Assembly: GCA_976551045.1 (NCBI GenBank)
Contig: CDPCPM010000263.1
Span: 4,340,001 to 4,404,000, forward strand
Direction: 5' to 3'
DNA: 64,000 bases
DNA from: Glaucostegus cemiculus
Taxonomy: Eukaryota
The translations under genes were made by a program, and so were the position numbers. The stretch's first letter is position 1. Every line of letters starts with the position of its first letter. This document shows positions 52,519 to 64,000 of the stretch, piece after piece. The notes under the pieces were generated by a model. The model saw nothing but the letters and a program-made list of their open reading frames with translations, had not been told where the DNA came from and searched no databases.

Positions 52519-52665
52519 ACAACATGCAAAAAAGCTGGAGGATCTCAGCAAGTCAGGCAGCATCTATGGACAGTCGATGTTTTGGGTCCAGACCCTTCAT
52601 CTGCACCCGCTGAGTTCCCCCAGCTTTTTGTGTTGCTCCAGATTCCAGCATCTGCAGGCTTGTGT
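52519..52665. mobile_element. Fold-back element from inverted Penelope-like terminal repeats
   Basis: caaaaaagctggaggatctcagc pairs with gctgagttcccccagctttttg; minus-strand centre CAGATGA-AGGGTCTGGACCC-AAAA-CATC-GACTG. Confidence 0.8.
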
Positions 52666-52735
52666 CACAATTTTTATTAAGGTGATTTCCCATCATAAAC
52701 TTGTTTAACACAAAATTTCAACCCGGAAACTGCAG

Positions 52736-52899
52736 GATCTCATAAAAGGAGCCTGAGCTTGGGGGATAAAGAAGTAACCCGTGCTCCACCACCTTCAGAG
52801 CAGGCTTTCAGGGACCGTTCAAATACACTAAATGAAAAACCAGCAGCACCACTGCCTGTCATCAGAGACAAATACAAGGACCTAACTGGAGAAGTGGAG
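52736..52899 (+). CDS. SYNRG: SYNRG window exon 16 (164 nt): GSHKRSLSLGDKEVTRAPPPSEQAFRDRSNTLNEKPAAPLPVIRDKYKDLTGEVE
   Basis: actgcag|GA...GTGGAG|gtaaag. Confidence 0.96.
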
Positions 52900-53084
52900 G
52901 TAAAGATCCTATATTTAAGAAACGATGGTTAAAAACTGAGTTGGATGATGTTTGGAAATTCCATTTTGCACTGAGAAAGTAAATATGATTGTTCTTAGGT
53001 TTCAGCCTTCAGAATTTCTGGTTTTCCTCTGTAGGGCAACAGAGGTACTTTGGTATTCCATTGTCAGCTGCAGTTCTTTCAGTA

Positions 53085-53458
53085 ATGTTTTCTTTTCTGA
53101 ATCAAAGGTTTTGGGTTTAAATCCCATTCTAGAGACTTAAGCAAAGAAAGGAAACAAGTCTGATGATCCAGTATGGTAACTAAGTGAGTGCTGCATTGTC
53201 AGAGGCAGTCTTTTGTTAAGCCAAGGCCAATTCTGCACTCTCATTCACACATAGCAGATACCGTGGCACTGTTCTTTTGAGCAAGTGAATTATCCCAGTG
53301 TTCTATCCAATATTTTTCTCTCAATTAGCATCACAACAAAACAGATTGTCTCATCATTGATGTTTGTTGAAGTTTGCTTTGTGCAAATTGGTTGCCACTT
53401 CTCCTACATTACAATGATATTGGCTGTGAAGTACTTTAAGACATCTCAAGACTGAAGT
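53085..53458 (+). mobile_element. Deu-domain SINE (SacSINE1/AmnSINE-related)
   Basis: Head ctgaatcaaaggttttgggtttaaatcccattctagagactt; core gagtgctgcattgtcagagg...gataccgtggcactg...ccaatattt; tail ttggctgtgaagtacttt. Confidence 0.7.
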
Positions 53459-53559
53459 CAAAAAAGGAATGCCATTTAAAAAAAATCATTTTAGCAAATT
53501 TTACTAGTTTGCTTTCAGAAACATTTCAAAATAAATGAAGAAGATGTATTTATTTTTGC

Positions 53560-53812
53560 AAAAAAAAACAAACTGCTGGAAGAACTCAGCGAATCAAGCA
53601 GATTCTGTGGAGCCAAAGGGATGCTGGACATTTTGGGTCGAGACCCTGCAACGAGACTGAGAATGTAGACAGAAGATTGTCAGTATATAGAAGTGACAGG
53701 GAGGGTTGAGACAAAGGCTGATGGGCAGATGGAGTTGGGTGGGGTAGGGGGAAGGGTAGAGACAGAGTCTGGAAGGTGTAAGGAGTACAGAAGGAGAGGG
53801 TTACCTGAAATT
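53560..53812 (-). mobile_element. Penelope-like terminal repeat with decayed hammerhead motif
   Basis: Reverse complement CAGTC-TCGTTGCA-GGGTCTCGACCC-AAAA-TGTC; purine-rich body is the complement of the C-rich body at 26955-27110. Confidence 0.7.
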
Positions 53813-54260
53813 ACCTTTTTTTTTACTATGTATTTGGCAAGCTCCACAGTTGGTTAGAGGAATGTTATCCTACCATCTAAGCCTTGAAAGGAGATAAAAT
53901 TGCCCAAAAACATGTTAGAAGCTAGATTTCCCTGCAGTTCAGCAATAAATTGCAGTCTATGTAATTGTTGAATTATACTCACTTGTAATGCTTGTTTACA
54001 GGGCAGCCCTAAAATGAAGCTGGTGATATAAAACTGAATTTTGGGGTCCTGCCCATTGTGGTTATTTATGAACTTCTTTTACTGCCTTGTAACTTGTTCT
54101 GTTGCCATGATCACTGCATTTATGATGGTTTCATCTTTTCCTTACTTAGGCATCGATTAAATGCATTCATAATGCAGTATATTTTTAGATAATTCTTAAT
54201 TCTACTTACTATTTTGGCTTGATTGCTGGCAGCAATAAATTTAAATTTTAGTATACAAAG

Positions 54261-54595
54261 GATGGCCCAGCAGTTAATGCAGCTGCCTCAGTTCCAGGGA
54301 TCTGGGTTTGATCCTGACCTTGGGTGCTATCTATATGGATTTAGCATATCTTTTCCTTGACTGCATCAGTTTTCTCCAGGTGTTCTGCTTTCCTCTCTCA
54401 TTTCACAGATGTGTTGGTAGGTTAATTGGCTGTTTAAATTATCTCTTTGTGTAGGTTAATGGCAAAAATAATCAAAGTGGAGTGTGTAAATTACAGAAGT
54501 ACAGGAAAATTAGGAGTGAGGGAACATTACTAATGGGATTGCAACCCTGGGAGTTGGCATGGACGCAAAGGGCCAAGTGGCCTCCACGTGTGTCA
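54261..54595 (+). mobile_element. V-SINE
   Basis: cagcagttaatgcagctgcctc head (as at 20181), gggtttgatcctgacc B-box-like, V-domain tttctccaggtgttctgctttcctc. Confidence 0.75.
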
Positions 54596-54624
54596 TTGTA
54601 GGTATAAGATACTGCATGTGGAAT

Positions 54625-55070
54625 ACAGAAGAATGAGAGGAGACCTCATAGAAACATTTAAAATGTAGAAAGGACTGGACAGAGTAGATGTGGCCAGGCT
54701 GTTCCCCTTGGTGGGTGAGTCCAGTACCAGAGGGCACAACCTTAGAATTAAAGGATACAGGTTTAAAACAGAGATGAGGAGAAATTTCTTTAGCCAGAGG
54801 GTATTGAATTTATGGAATTCCTTGCAGTGAAGCAGTGGAGGCCAGATCATTGGAAGTGTTTAAGGAGGAGATAGATATCTAAGTAGTCAAGGTATCAAGG
54901 GATATGGGGATAAAGCTGGAAATTGGGGTTAGAATAGTGGTTTTTTTCCTGCTCTCTTGGAGCAGACTCTTTCCCACCCCCAACCCCCATTTCTTTTCCC
55001 CTTCTCTTTGGAGTAGACTTGATGGGCCGAATGGTCTACTTCTGCTTCCCCAGTCTTGTGATCTTGTGAT
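54625..55070 (+). mobile_element. CR1 LINE 3' end
   Basis: agaatgagaggagacctcatagaaac...gagatgaggagaaatttctttagccagaggg...gatgggccgaatggtctacttctgc. Confidence 0.85.
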
Positions 55071-55119
55071 GTGTGCAGGAATTAGTTTCAAATAAAATCA
55101 TCTGTTGTATCTGTTGCAG

Positions 55120-55173
55120 GAAAATGAACGCTATGCCTATGAATGGCAAAGATGCTTAGAAAGTGCTTTGCAG
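55120..55173 (+). CDS. SYNRG: SYNRG window exon 17 (54 nt): ENERYAYEWQRCLESALQ
   Basis: gttgcag|GAA...TTGCAG|gtaaag. Confidence 0.96.
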
Positions 55174-56010
55174 GTAAAGCCTTCAATGTTTTATTTAGCA
55201 ATTCATTGTAGTGTTATGCCAAAGCAAAATCACACAGGTGCATATTCACTGTATGGAGTAGAGTCACGGAGTAATACCACATGTAAACAGCCTAAATGCT
55301 GGAATTCCCTTTCCAGGATTTTCTGATTCTCTGCTGTCCTCTCTTTTAAAGTGCTCCTTAAAATCTCACTTACCAAACTTTTAGTTATCCACCCTGTGGG
55401 CTGGATCTTGCTGGCCTGGTTACCTGAGCTGTAACAGAAGGCCAATCTTGTCAGCCCTTCATAACCCTGATTCAGCCAACGAGATCTGAATAATGAACTA
55501 GGCCCAGGCAGTGTAGTGCAGAGGTCCCACTGCCCAAATGCTCATCAGAACTATCCTAGATGTTGCAGTTTTTAAATGGCTGTGACTAGCACACGATCTG
55601 AGAGGCATTTTTCCCACATTAACTTGCTGAAACTTCTCAAATCACATACAATCCCATGCCTTCCTTCAGCTAGAATGGCAGAACATGTGAAGTACCCTTT
55701 AGAGCAACCAGCCACAATCATGGAGTACCTTGGAACATGGTAGACATTTAAGACACTACATAAATACATATTTTTTGAAGAATTCATCAAATCAACTTCA
55801 AGTAAACTCTCTACATTTGATAGATTTTCAAATAGTTGACTAACAGTTTGTAAAAATATTGATTACATTTGAGGTATTGCTGTTCAGTATAAACTGTTTA
55901 ATTGTCCATTAATGCTTATAAGAATTTGTTAATTGTTTTGTTTCCATATACCAGCCTTTTATATTTTGCTGTATATATCTTACAGGATCCTATAACCATT
56001 TTTGTTCTAG

Positions 56011-56107
56011 GTGATCAACAAGGCCAGTGAGACTTTGAATGGAATCAGCAGCTCAACTGTGTGTAGTGAAGTCATTCAGTCGACCCAGGGCATGGAATAT
56101 CTCTTGG
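56011..56107 (+). CDS. SYNRG: SYNRG window exon 18 (97 nt): VINKASETLNGISSSTVCSEVIQSTQGMEYLL
   Basis: ttctag|GTG...TTGG|gtatgg. Confidence 0.96.
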
Positions 56108-59100
56108 GTATGGAATAAATGACAACAATTATTAATTGATATTATCAATTTTTAGGGGTTACTAGTTGTTTAGCAAGCACCCATGAGTATTTTAGCCTCC
56201 AGGATAGAGAACAGCAATATTTCAGTACCAAAATAGAAAATAATTTTATTAAAAAATGTCAGCCTCCTACTTTTTATAAATTTTATTAAGTCTCCACATA
56301 TACATTTTGAAAATCGTACTGCAAATACTCTGTAGTTTGTGGTTGAGGTTGAGTAGATGACTGGCCTCAGGATTTTACAAGTGTTACGTTAAGCCAGCAT
56401 TTGATTAAAGTTGACTATTCACTCCTACCTTCACTGCTACTCTCCACCCACCCCCTTGCAGCAAACAGCCTGACTCCTCTTCAAACCTCTTCTAGCTGCT
56501 TGTGAGCTGGAGCCTGCAGCGTGTCAAATTTCAGGCAGGATCCAGCAATTTGAATTTCATCAAATATTAAATGCTTTTACATTATACATATTCTCCAATT
56601 CAACTTTTGACATTCTTCATTAGAAACTTCACAGAAAATAATTGAGCAGATGTTATGTGAAGCAAAATATTTGTGTATTTTGAAAATCGCAAGGGGCCTT
56701 GACTTCGATCAGTGAATGTAGCTAATATTTTAATGTATGTAATTTTAACACTTCAGTATTCAGATCAGGCTGGTGTGGAGCATTTCTCAAACCACACACA
56801 GCCTGTGGTGTTAATTTCCTTAGCTATTGCATTTTTCACTTATCTCCCCTCTTCCCTAAAGATATTGAATGTTTGTGGAAAATGGTTACATAGCCACTGG
56901 AAGCCTTTCTTTACCTTGGTTAAATCGCAATTTCTCATGCAGTAGTCTTTGTATTGATCGCCTGTAGGCTATTTCACTGCATAGTGCTTCACTGAAATAC
57001 CTCAGGACAATATTGTCTTTACCCATGTTAGTCTGCATGCGATTTCTACATCTATATTGTTAGGGCAAGGCAAAGTCACAAATGGATCAGTAAATTAAAA
57101 TTGTATGTTGAGGTTTCACAGTCATTTGATGCTGTCCAGTCTGACTCAATTGATTGCTCCAGGCACTCCAGCAAATGTAAGTTCGGGTTGGAGTTGGCAG
57201 GGTGGTTCATTGATCGCCGCTTGCAGTGAGTCGGTGATACCCCATGGGTTCAATAAATAGGCACGCTACCTGTGTCCCATACAAACGTAGTTCAGCATGG
57301 CCAGTAGTTAAAGTTTCAGCCAGAAGACAGAATTCATGGCACGGAATCAGAATCCAGACTTATTGTTGAAAGTTGGTGCACGTGCAACCAAAAAGATTTC
57401 CTTGGTGGATGGATGATATCTCAAACAACAGAAGTTCAGGCTCAGTCATGATCTTTTCACACTCTGAGTAACTTAAGTCATTGAATAACAATAACTAGAA
57501 GCATTTCCTCCCTCGGGTTTCCATGCCATCAAATATGGGACCTTGTGGTCCATGTGATTTGTATGTACAGTTGGTATATAAGAGATTCATGTTAGAAATC
57601 TTGTAGAAATCCAAAAAGCAATAAATTAAGTAAATACTCCCATTTGATAGCATTGTGTGCATGTATTGTGATGTGAATGTTGGTTGCATAGATGTCACAG
57701 TATTTAGTATCCATAACAATTATACTTGTTTTCTAACTTCATTTAAATGAAATTATTGTACCATGTGTAAAAGAAATGATTCTAGAATCTGCTTAGTTTA
57801 GAGTGGTTGAAAAAATATCAAGAACGGTGTGCTATTAAAAACATATTATTCAAAGCAGTAATTAGTTTACTTTCGAATCATCTATTAATGATAAACAGCA
57901 CAGGATTGTTTACTAGACGTTTATAATGGGCCGAAGTCTAGAGTGATTTGTTTATACATTTTAATATTTGGTGTATTGATTTTTTTTGCATTTTACACTG
58001 CTACTTTTGGGGAATAACTAAACCACATAAGGCTTCTTGGTATTTAAAGATGCAGATAATGGGATGAACCAATACATGATGAATGTACTTGTTCATGCAT
58101 TGTAACTATAACATACAGGCTTTGCACAGGTGTAGAATTAGAAATGATCTCTGGACCCATAAACCAACATTTTCTAACACTTGGTCACCCACTCTTTCTG
58201 ATGCTTTTATTGTTTTCTAAAGCAAACACAGATACAGACTACTTGTGTGATGACTCAATTATTTATTTCTTTATTCCCACTATAATTTTTTTTGCCTCTT
58301 TCTTTAAGGTGCACTTGTTTATATCTGCTACTCTTATTTCATGCATTTGTAGAAGTTTTAACATTTTTATATTTAATTTACCTGGAGAACTGAAAGAAGT
58401 GGAACAAAATTAATCAGCTCCTTCTCAAAACTGCTGGTTAAATAAAATCTCTCTCTGCACGGTGGGTGATCTGTGGAAATAAGCTCCAAGCAATTAACTT
58501 TAAGGAAAATGGATAAGTGCTTTAAAAACAGATCACAAAGTGAGGGTAGATATAGACAGCTGCATGTTGTAGTGATCTTCTGTGCTGGTGAAACAAGGAA
58601 ATGTGATCTGTGAAATGCATCTGGTGACAACAGATTGAATGATTTAAGTTGCTCTGTGGACATTTATTCTTATATAAACAAGATATAGATAGATAGATAT
58701 TTGTACAGAAAAGGAATTGAAGAATATGGGTTTAAATGGAAAAGTGAGTTGAGGCTGTGATTTTGGAGAAGGCTCAATGGCCAAAAGAGCCTGGTCCTTC
58801 TATTTTTTATGTTCTTAATTTCAAATCTGTTGTATTTTTAAAGACAAATAGTTTTCCCCTTTAGCTTAGTTTTATTGTTTAAAAAAATAATTAATTAAAA
58901 TGAATTAATTTCTGGAATAAATATTGACATTCTGCTAACATTATTATGAAGATAGTTACACATAATGTTGCACAAATAGAATTAATTTTTAATCCAGTGC
59001 CCTTGATTTGCATATGTGTCCTAAACTTGGTTGATAGCACCAACAATTATTAACAATGGCCATTAATTTATTCTATACATGCTTCCAGTTTCATAGTCTA

Positions 59101-60999
59101 TTACCTTAAATTTTTCTGTTGAGATTCATCTGTTGTTCTTTAGCCTATCCACTTTATTTGCTATGTTCCTTTGAATGCACCAAAATCCCATGCAGCTTTG
59201 TCAAGTAAACAAATTTTTATTGTTAAAAACTGAGTACTTTACATTATTCATTCAAATTATGGAGTAAACAACCATGACCCTCAAATAGACCTTACAAAAT
59301 TCTAGTCGTTGACAAAAAATGATTTTTTAAGTTCCATTTATCCTTTATATTGTTTTCTCCTGTTCCGGCCAATTATGAAATTAACTAATTTTGCTGTTTT
59401 CTGATGCTATCTTAACTTACAGCCTTTATATCAGAACTGTTCAATGCCATTATAAGCTTTTACATGCAGATTAGTGAGGCATGTCAGGGGCAAGTGATTT
59501 GTCACAGTATGTCTTACTACTTTGAGTCCTCTGATTCTTACTTCATAGCACAACTTTCCTCATCAGTGTTTCCTGTCGCAGGCACTTCCAGTTTAATTAG
59601 TAGGATTATTCAATATGTTCCTCCTCTCTGTCTCCCTAAGAATAAGAGTTTTCTTCTGGTTACTGTAATAGGTGTCAGAAACTGCTTGTCCTATAGGCAC
59701 CAAGGTTGCATTAATATCAGTGAGCTGAGTGCAAAATTAATAGTTACAGTAGCCAGCTTATAATGTGGAAATTTTCTCCAGCAATCGTTTGAGCATTCAA
59801 ACGCTCCTCTAAGCTGCAAAGAAATTCCTGAAGTTTTTCAACATCTAAGCTGCCACACAGTATAAATGCAAAAACATAATTCAGCTGCAGAGAGCAAGAG
59901 AGACCACATTTGTCTGTTAGTTATTAGTGGCCTTGTACATGTAACCCCTAAATGATGCTATCCAAAGAAGCTCTGCCCACAGATACTTTTTTCAGATTTT
60001 AACCTTGTAGAGTGCTTTCAATTCCAAGACTAATTGTTGCAGTGATTAAGTCAGCATTTGATGTCTGATGGCTAAGAGGTACAGATTGCTGTTTCTTTAA
60101 ATCAGACTACTGATTGATAATAAACAGCTGGTGAATGTACAAATTAAAAAAGCTAACTCTCATTTATAATAAACTGCTCCAGGTGATTTTCTGCAGTTTT
60201 GGCAATTAGAAAATGGCATCTCATATTTCTAAGCCCATATTAACCAATTATACTGGTACCTTGTTTACCACTCCGAATGTGTTCCCAGGAATGTAAGCGA
60301 TAATTCAATCAGCACTAGAAGTCATTAGAGTGTTATATAAATGGGTTACTAGTAACGCATGCTGTACTGGGGACATGGTACCAACCGATGACCTCCCACA
60401 TGCTATGGTGTGAGCCCCTGCTCTGTGCTGACACTCCCACAGCAGTGAAATGCTGATCTCAGCAGCCTGACGCCTGGTATGGAATGAGCCACCAAGACAA
60501 TGTGCAGAGGCTGCCTTTGAGGACAGGCATTGGGCAGGCTAGGGCAAGTGATGTGGAGCTCAGGGCTGCACCCTGCCTTGCACGATGAGTGCAAGCATTG
60601 CTGAGGGCTGGCAGCAGCTGTTGCTTGTGTTGACAGACCACCTGAATCCTCCAGTCTCTCTGATCACCTCCTGTTGGATATGGTGTAAGCCATCGTCTCT
60701 CTTTGTTTAGCTGTATAGCTATCCCCAGCTTTGGGAATTCTGTGTGGTAACAAGTTCAATGGCCAGCAGTGAGCAGCAGATGGAAGGGCAGGAGTTTGTG
60801 TCAGGTTTAATGGCATAACAGTGGATATCTTCAGTGGGCTGCCTGACTGTAGGACCAAAGGCCTGATAGCAAATCAGCACTTAACTATGTACCAGTATAT
60901 AATATCCATCAGATAACTATCAACAGCATGGACTGGACTCTACAACAGTACGTAGACTTTACAACATCAGCTACATTTTACCAAGATATAACAGTCTCT

Positions 61000-61214
61000 T
61001 AATGGCTTCATTATTTAACCCAATCACAGAAATTGCCTTTGTTCCATCCACTGCGCTCCTCCACCTTCACTGCTATGTAAACTAATGTTTTCTCTTCCCC
61101 CCTTGCCGTCAGTTGCTGAAGGATCTTTGGCCTGAAATGTTAACTGTTTCAATTTCCACAGATGCTTCCTGATTTGTTTACTTTTTCCAGCAACTTCTGT
61201 TATTATTTCAGATC
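61000..61214 (+). mobile_element. Penelope-like terminal repeat with decayed hammerhead motif
   Basis: CAGTT(61110)-GCTGA-AGGATCTTTGGCCT-GAAA-TGTT-AACTG(61146), then ccacagatgcttcctga...ccagcaacttctgt. Confidence 0.7.
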
Positions 61215-62221
61215 ACCATTGTTTTCCCACCATCGAGAATACTCTATTTTACCTTTGTTTTCCAAGTTATGTTCTATGTAATTTGATGAATTTTTCATTT
61301 AATTAGGAATTTTGTGGTGAATTTTTAGTAGATTTTGAGAGTCATGAACAAAGGGGATTTAGCTGCAGAGTAAGGGGCTGTTCATTCAACACTGATGTAT
61401 GTAGAAATTTCTTCACTGAAGGTAGTGAATCTCTGGAATTCTCTGCCCCCAAGGATGATGGAGGCATCCTAGATGTTGGAGGCAGAGATATAAAAAAAAC
61501 TTGAAAGTTTCTTCTCATCTCCACTTTATTTAATGCACAACGTCTTTGACATACATAGCAGTAAAGGTAATTGATACTTGTTTAACGTGGTTGTTCAACT
61601 TTACTATTTTGAACATTCCTCAAACCTTTCCTTCCCTCTGTCATCATTGAATGATTGTAAAAAAAATGCCTAATTACTCCCAACTTGTGGAGAAAGATAA
61701 CAGCTGTTTGATGTCAGACAGGTTTCTGGGTTGCTAGGAATTGCTGAATCTGGAAAAAGCACATAGTAAATGTGTTGGCTAGTTACTGCAATATCCCTCC
61801 TTGACATTCAGCAAGTGGTCTGCTGATTGATGTCCTTATAAAGCAGTCCCTAAGTCCCTGGTTTCCTTCTGATGAGCCAATTTTTCCAGGGCTATTATGC
61901 CCACATATAGAGAGGAATCTGAAAATACAATATTTCCCAAAGTAGCATTTGTTATAAATATTAATTGGAGCCTTGCTGTTTCCTTGCTCTTGTTAAATAA
62001 AGATCATAATTTCATGGTGATCCCATTGTCTTGGTTCCCAATGATTTTTTTTTAAACACAAACTAGATCAGAAGAAAGGAAATTAACTACTTCAACCATA
62101 ATAAAAATTAGCACTATCTTCACAAAAATTAATTGTTAACACTACTTAATTTCTAATTATCAATCCATCTAGCTGTTCTAGATTTTGTACATTAAGTGAA
62201 CACTGCAATCTCTTTTCACAG

Positions 62222-62370
62222 GGGTAATAGAGGTGTATAGAGTAACCAAACGTGTTGAGCTTGGAATCAAAGCTACAGCAGTGTGCAATGAGAAACTTCA
62301 GTTACTGATGAAGGAAATAGAGAAGATTTGGAGTAGTCTTACAATATTCATGTCTCTCACTCCCCTCACG
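62222..62370 (+). CDS. SYNRG: SYNRG window exon 19 (149 nt): GVIEVYRVTKRVELGIKATAVCNEKLQLLMKEIEKIWSSLTIFMSLTPLT
   Basis: ttcacag|GG...CTCACG|gtaaga. Confidence 0.96.
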
Positions 62371-64000
62371 GTAAGACTGCCACTGCACTTGAATTGAATT
62401 TTCCTTCCAGTCAACAAATTATTTTTGAAATGCCATTATATGCTGAGATAGAGTTTTAATATTCCAATTGAAAGTGTCTCTGGCAATAAGTGGGCATTAT
62501 TTTATACGTTCTACAGAATGGTTTTCAAGGCACAATGCTCTGTCCCAGTGGAGAGTTATGGATAAGCTATCATGCCTTTTCCAACCTGAGAGACACGCCT
62601 TTGGCCTTTGTAGATTTATTACCGTTGGCTGTATTTTAAATGGCTAATTATATATGTAAATTGTATGCATAATCTACCTAGAATGAGATGTTGCTTTTGA
62701 AGAGTGGACCTTCTAGCAAACGTCTTGTTTGACTCAGTGATGTCTTTCAAGTTATTCCTCAAGAATTTGTGTATAAGACTTTACAGTTTTCAGTATCATA
62801 ATGCAAGTTAGCTCGAGGTGAAATGAAGAGCAGTGGAACAAGGGAATACACCTTAAACCCATGAGTGTGTTAGCTGCACCTTAAACAGGAATTAGTCCCT
62901 TGGTGTTCAGCTGAGTTAATTGTTGAATTAAGCAAGTCAGCAGTATGTAGATGATTTTTGCTGATTTCAACTGGGGAGATCATTTACCAACCCTACATGG
63001 TCTTGAGATGTACATTGTAATAAAATTCTTATACAATCTAGATTTTCATTATTTGACATTCATATTCTCCATATACGTAGAATAGGCTACAGCTTTCTAT
63101 TTTTTATTTCAGTATTTTAAGCTTAGATTCAGCTTAATTGTTGAGGTCAGAAGCTGATATAATTTCTTCCCCATGAAATGAAGTCAACAGCTTTGAGCAA
63201 TCTTGAGTGATTTTAAAACAGTATTTGTTGAATGTGCATTGAAGCAGAAAATTAAAATATATTAAATTCATTGAGTTTTCTTTCTGTGCCTACATTCCTT
63301 TGGACTAATGCAGAAGGTAAGGAATGTATTTCATTTTGTTCACAAAATACAATTTAGTGTCAGGATTAAATTGGTAACAATGTGTTATTTTAATTTAAGA
63401 AAAATGATTCCTAGTGATAGTGGCATTTTTGCAACCACCTCTTTAAGGAACTTGTTTAGTGAAATGTTATTATCTGAATACAACAAAAGAGGGTAGACAA
63501 ATGCAAATCTTACAAAATTTCAGTAATGTTCTATAAATACTTTGCACATCTCCATCAGATATCCTGAGAATTTTTTTACAATGATTGATACAAGCCAGTT
63601 CTTTATATAAGACTTTTTTTTTCTTCTGTTGTTTCCATCACACAAATAAAAAAATCTAGCATTATTGTTCACACATTGTGTGCAATTCCAAACATATAAA
63701 ATTTGTGGAACAAGTTTGATTTGGTACTTAAAACAGTACACTGCAGATATTGAAAATCTGAAATAGATGCTGGAGAACTTTGCAGCATGTATTTTTAAAA
63801 ATTTTTATTGCTGTATACTGCACATGTGCATCATAAATATACATGTGCATGATGAAGTTTAAAAAAAAGCTGCACTAGCAAAAGAAATTACATTTTCTTT
63901 GAACTATAATGCATTTTCAGGTCCTATTGTCTTCCAGTGCACACTGATTTTTGATTTTATAACCTGAATCCTTTTCTTGGATGACTTTAAAGGTCATTGG

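Larger units (their letters stand above)
589..62370 (+). other. SYNRG: Synergin gamma gene, partial (19 internal coding exons; 5' and 3' ends outside window)
   Basis: All 19 exons have AG/GT boundaries and compatible phases. The 3940 nt total is 1 nt plus 1313 codons with no stop. The translation follows vertebrate gamma-synergin in order: M/Q/P-rich N-terminus, coiled coil, EH domain, acidic DFxxF region, conserved C-terminal helical region. Confidence 0.97.

Overview
This AT-rich vertebrate genomic window lies entirely inside one + strand protein-coding gene, synergin gamma (SYNRG / gamma-synergin), an EH-domain accessory protein of the AP-1 clathrin adaptor. Nineteen GT-AG coding exons (589-62370) splice in frame, giving 3940 nt or about 1313 codons. 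The first exon and the last exons lie outside the window. The repeat landscape (V-SINEs, Deu-domain SINE, CR1, Rex1/Babar-like, Penelope-like elements) points to a cartilaginous fish, probably a ray or sawfish; this is inference. The most striking non-genic structure is about 12 intronic copies of a Penelope-like terminal repeat carrying a minimal type-I hammerhead ribozyme motif (stem I-CUGANGA-stem II-GAAA-CG-UH-stem I) with covarying stems. They include a 1.65-kb head-to-head Penelope structure (GIY-YIG remnant plus two hammerhead motifs per arm) and two short fold-back derivatives. Every copy has core lesions. Other points are turnover of AP-1 ear-binding motifs, a repeated DKYxxF motif, a cassette exon missed by the ORF track and candidate alternative 3' ends in the 20-kb intron. 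Repeat family names and comparisons with mammalian SYNRG are from recalled consensus sequences, not database searches. Repeat boundaries are approximate.
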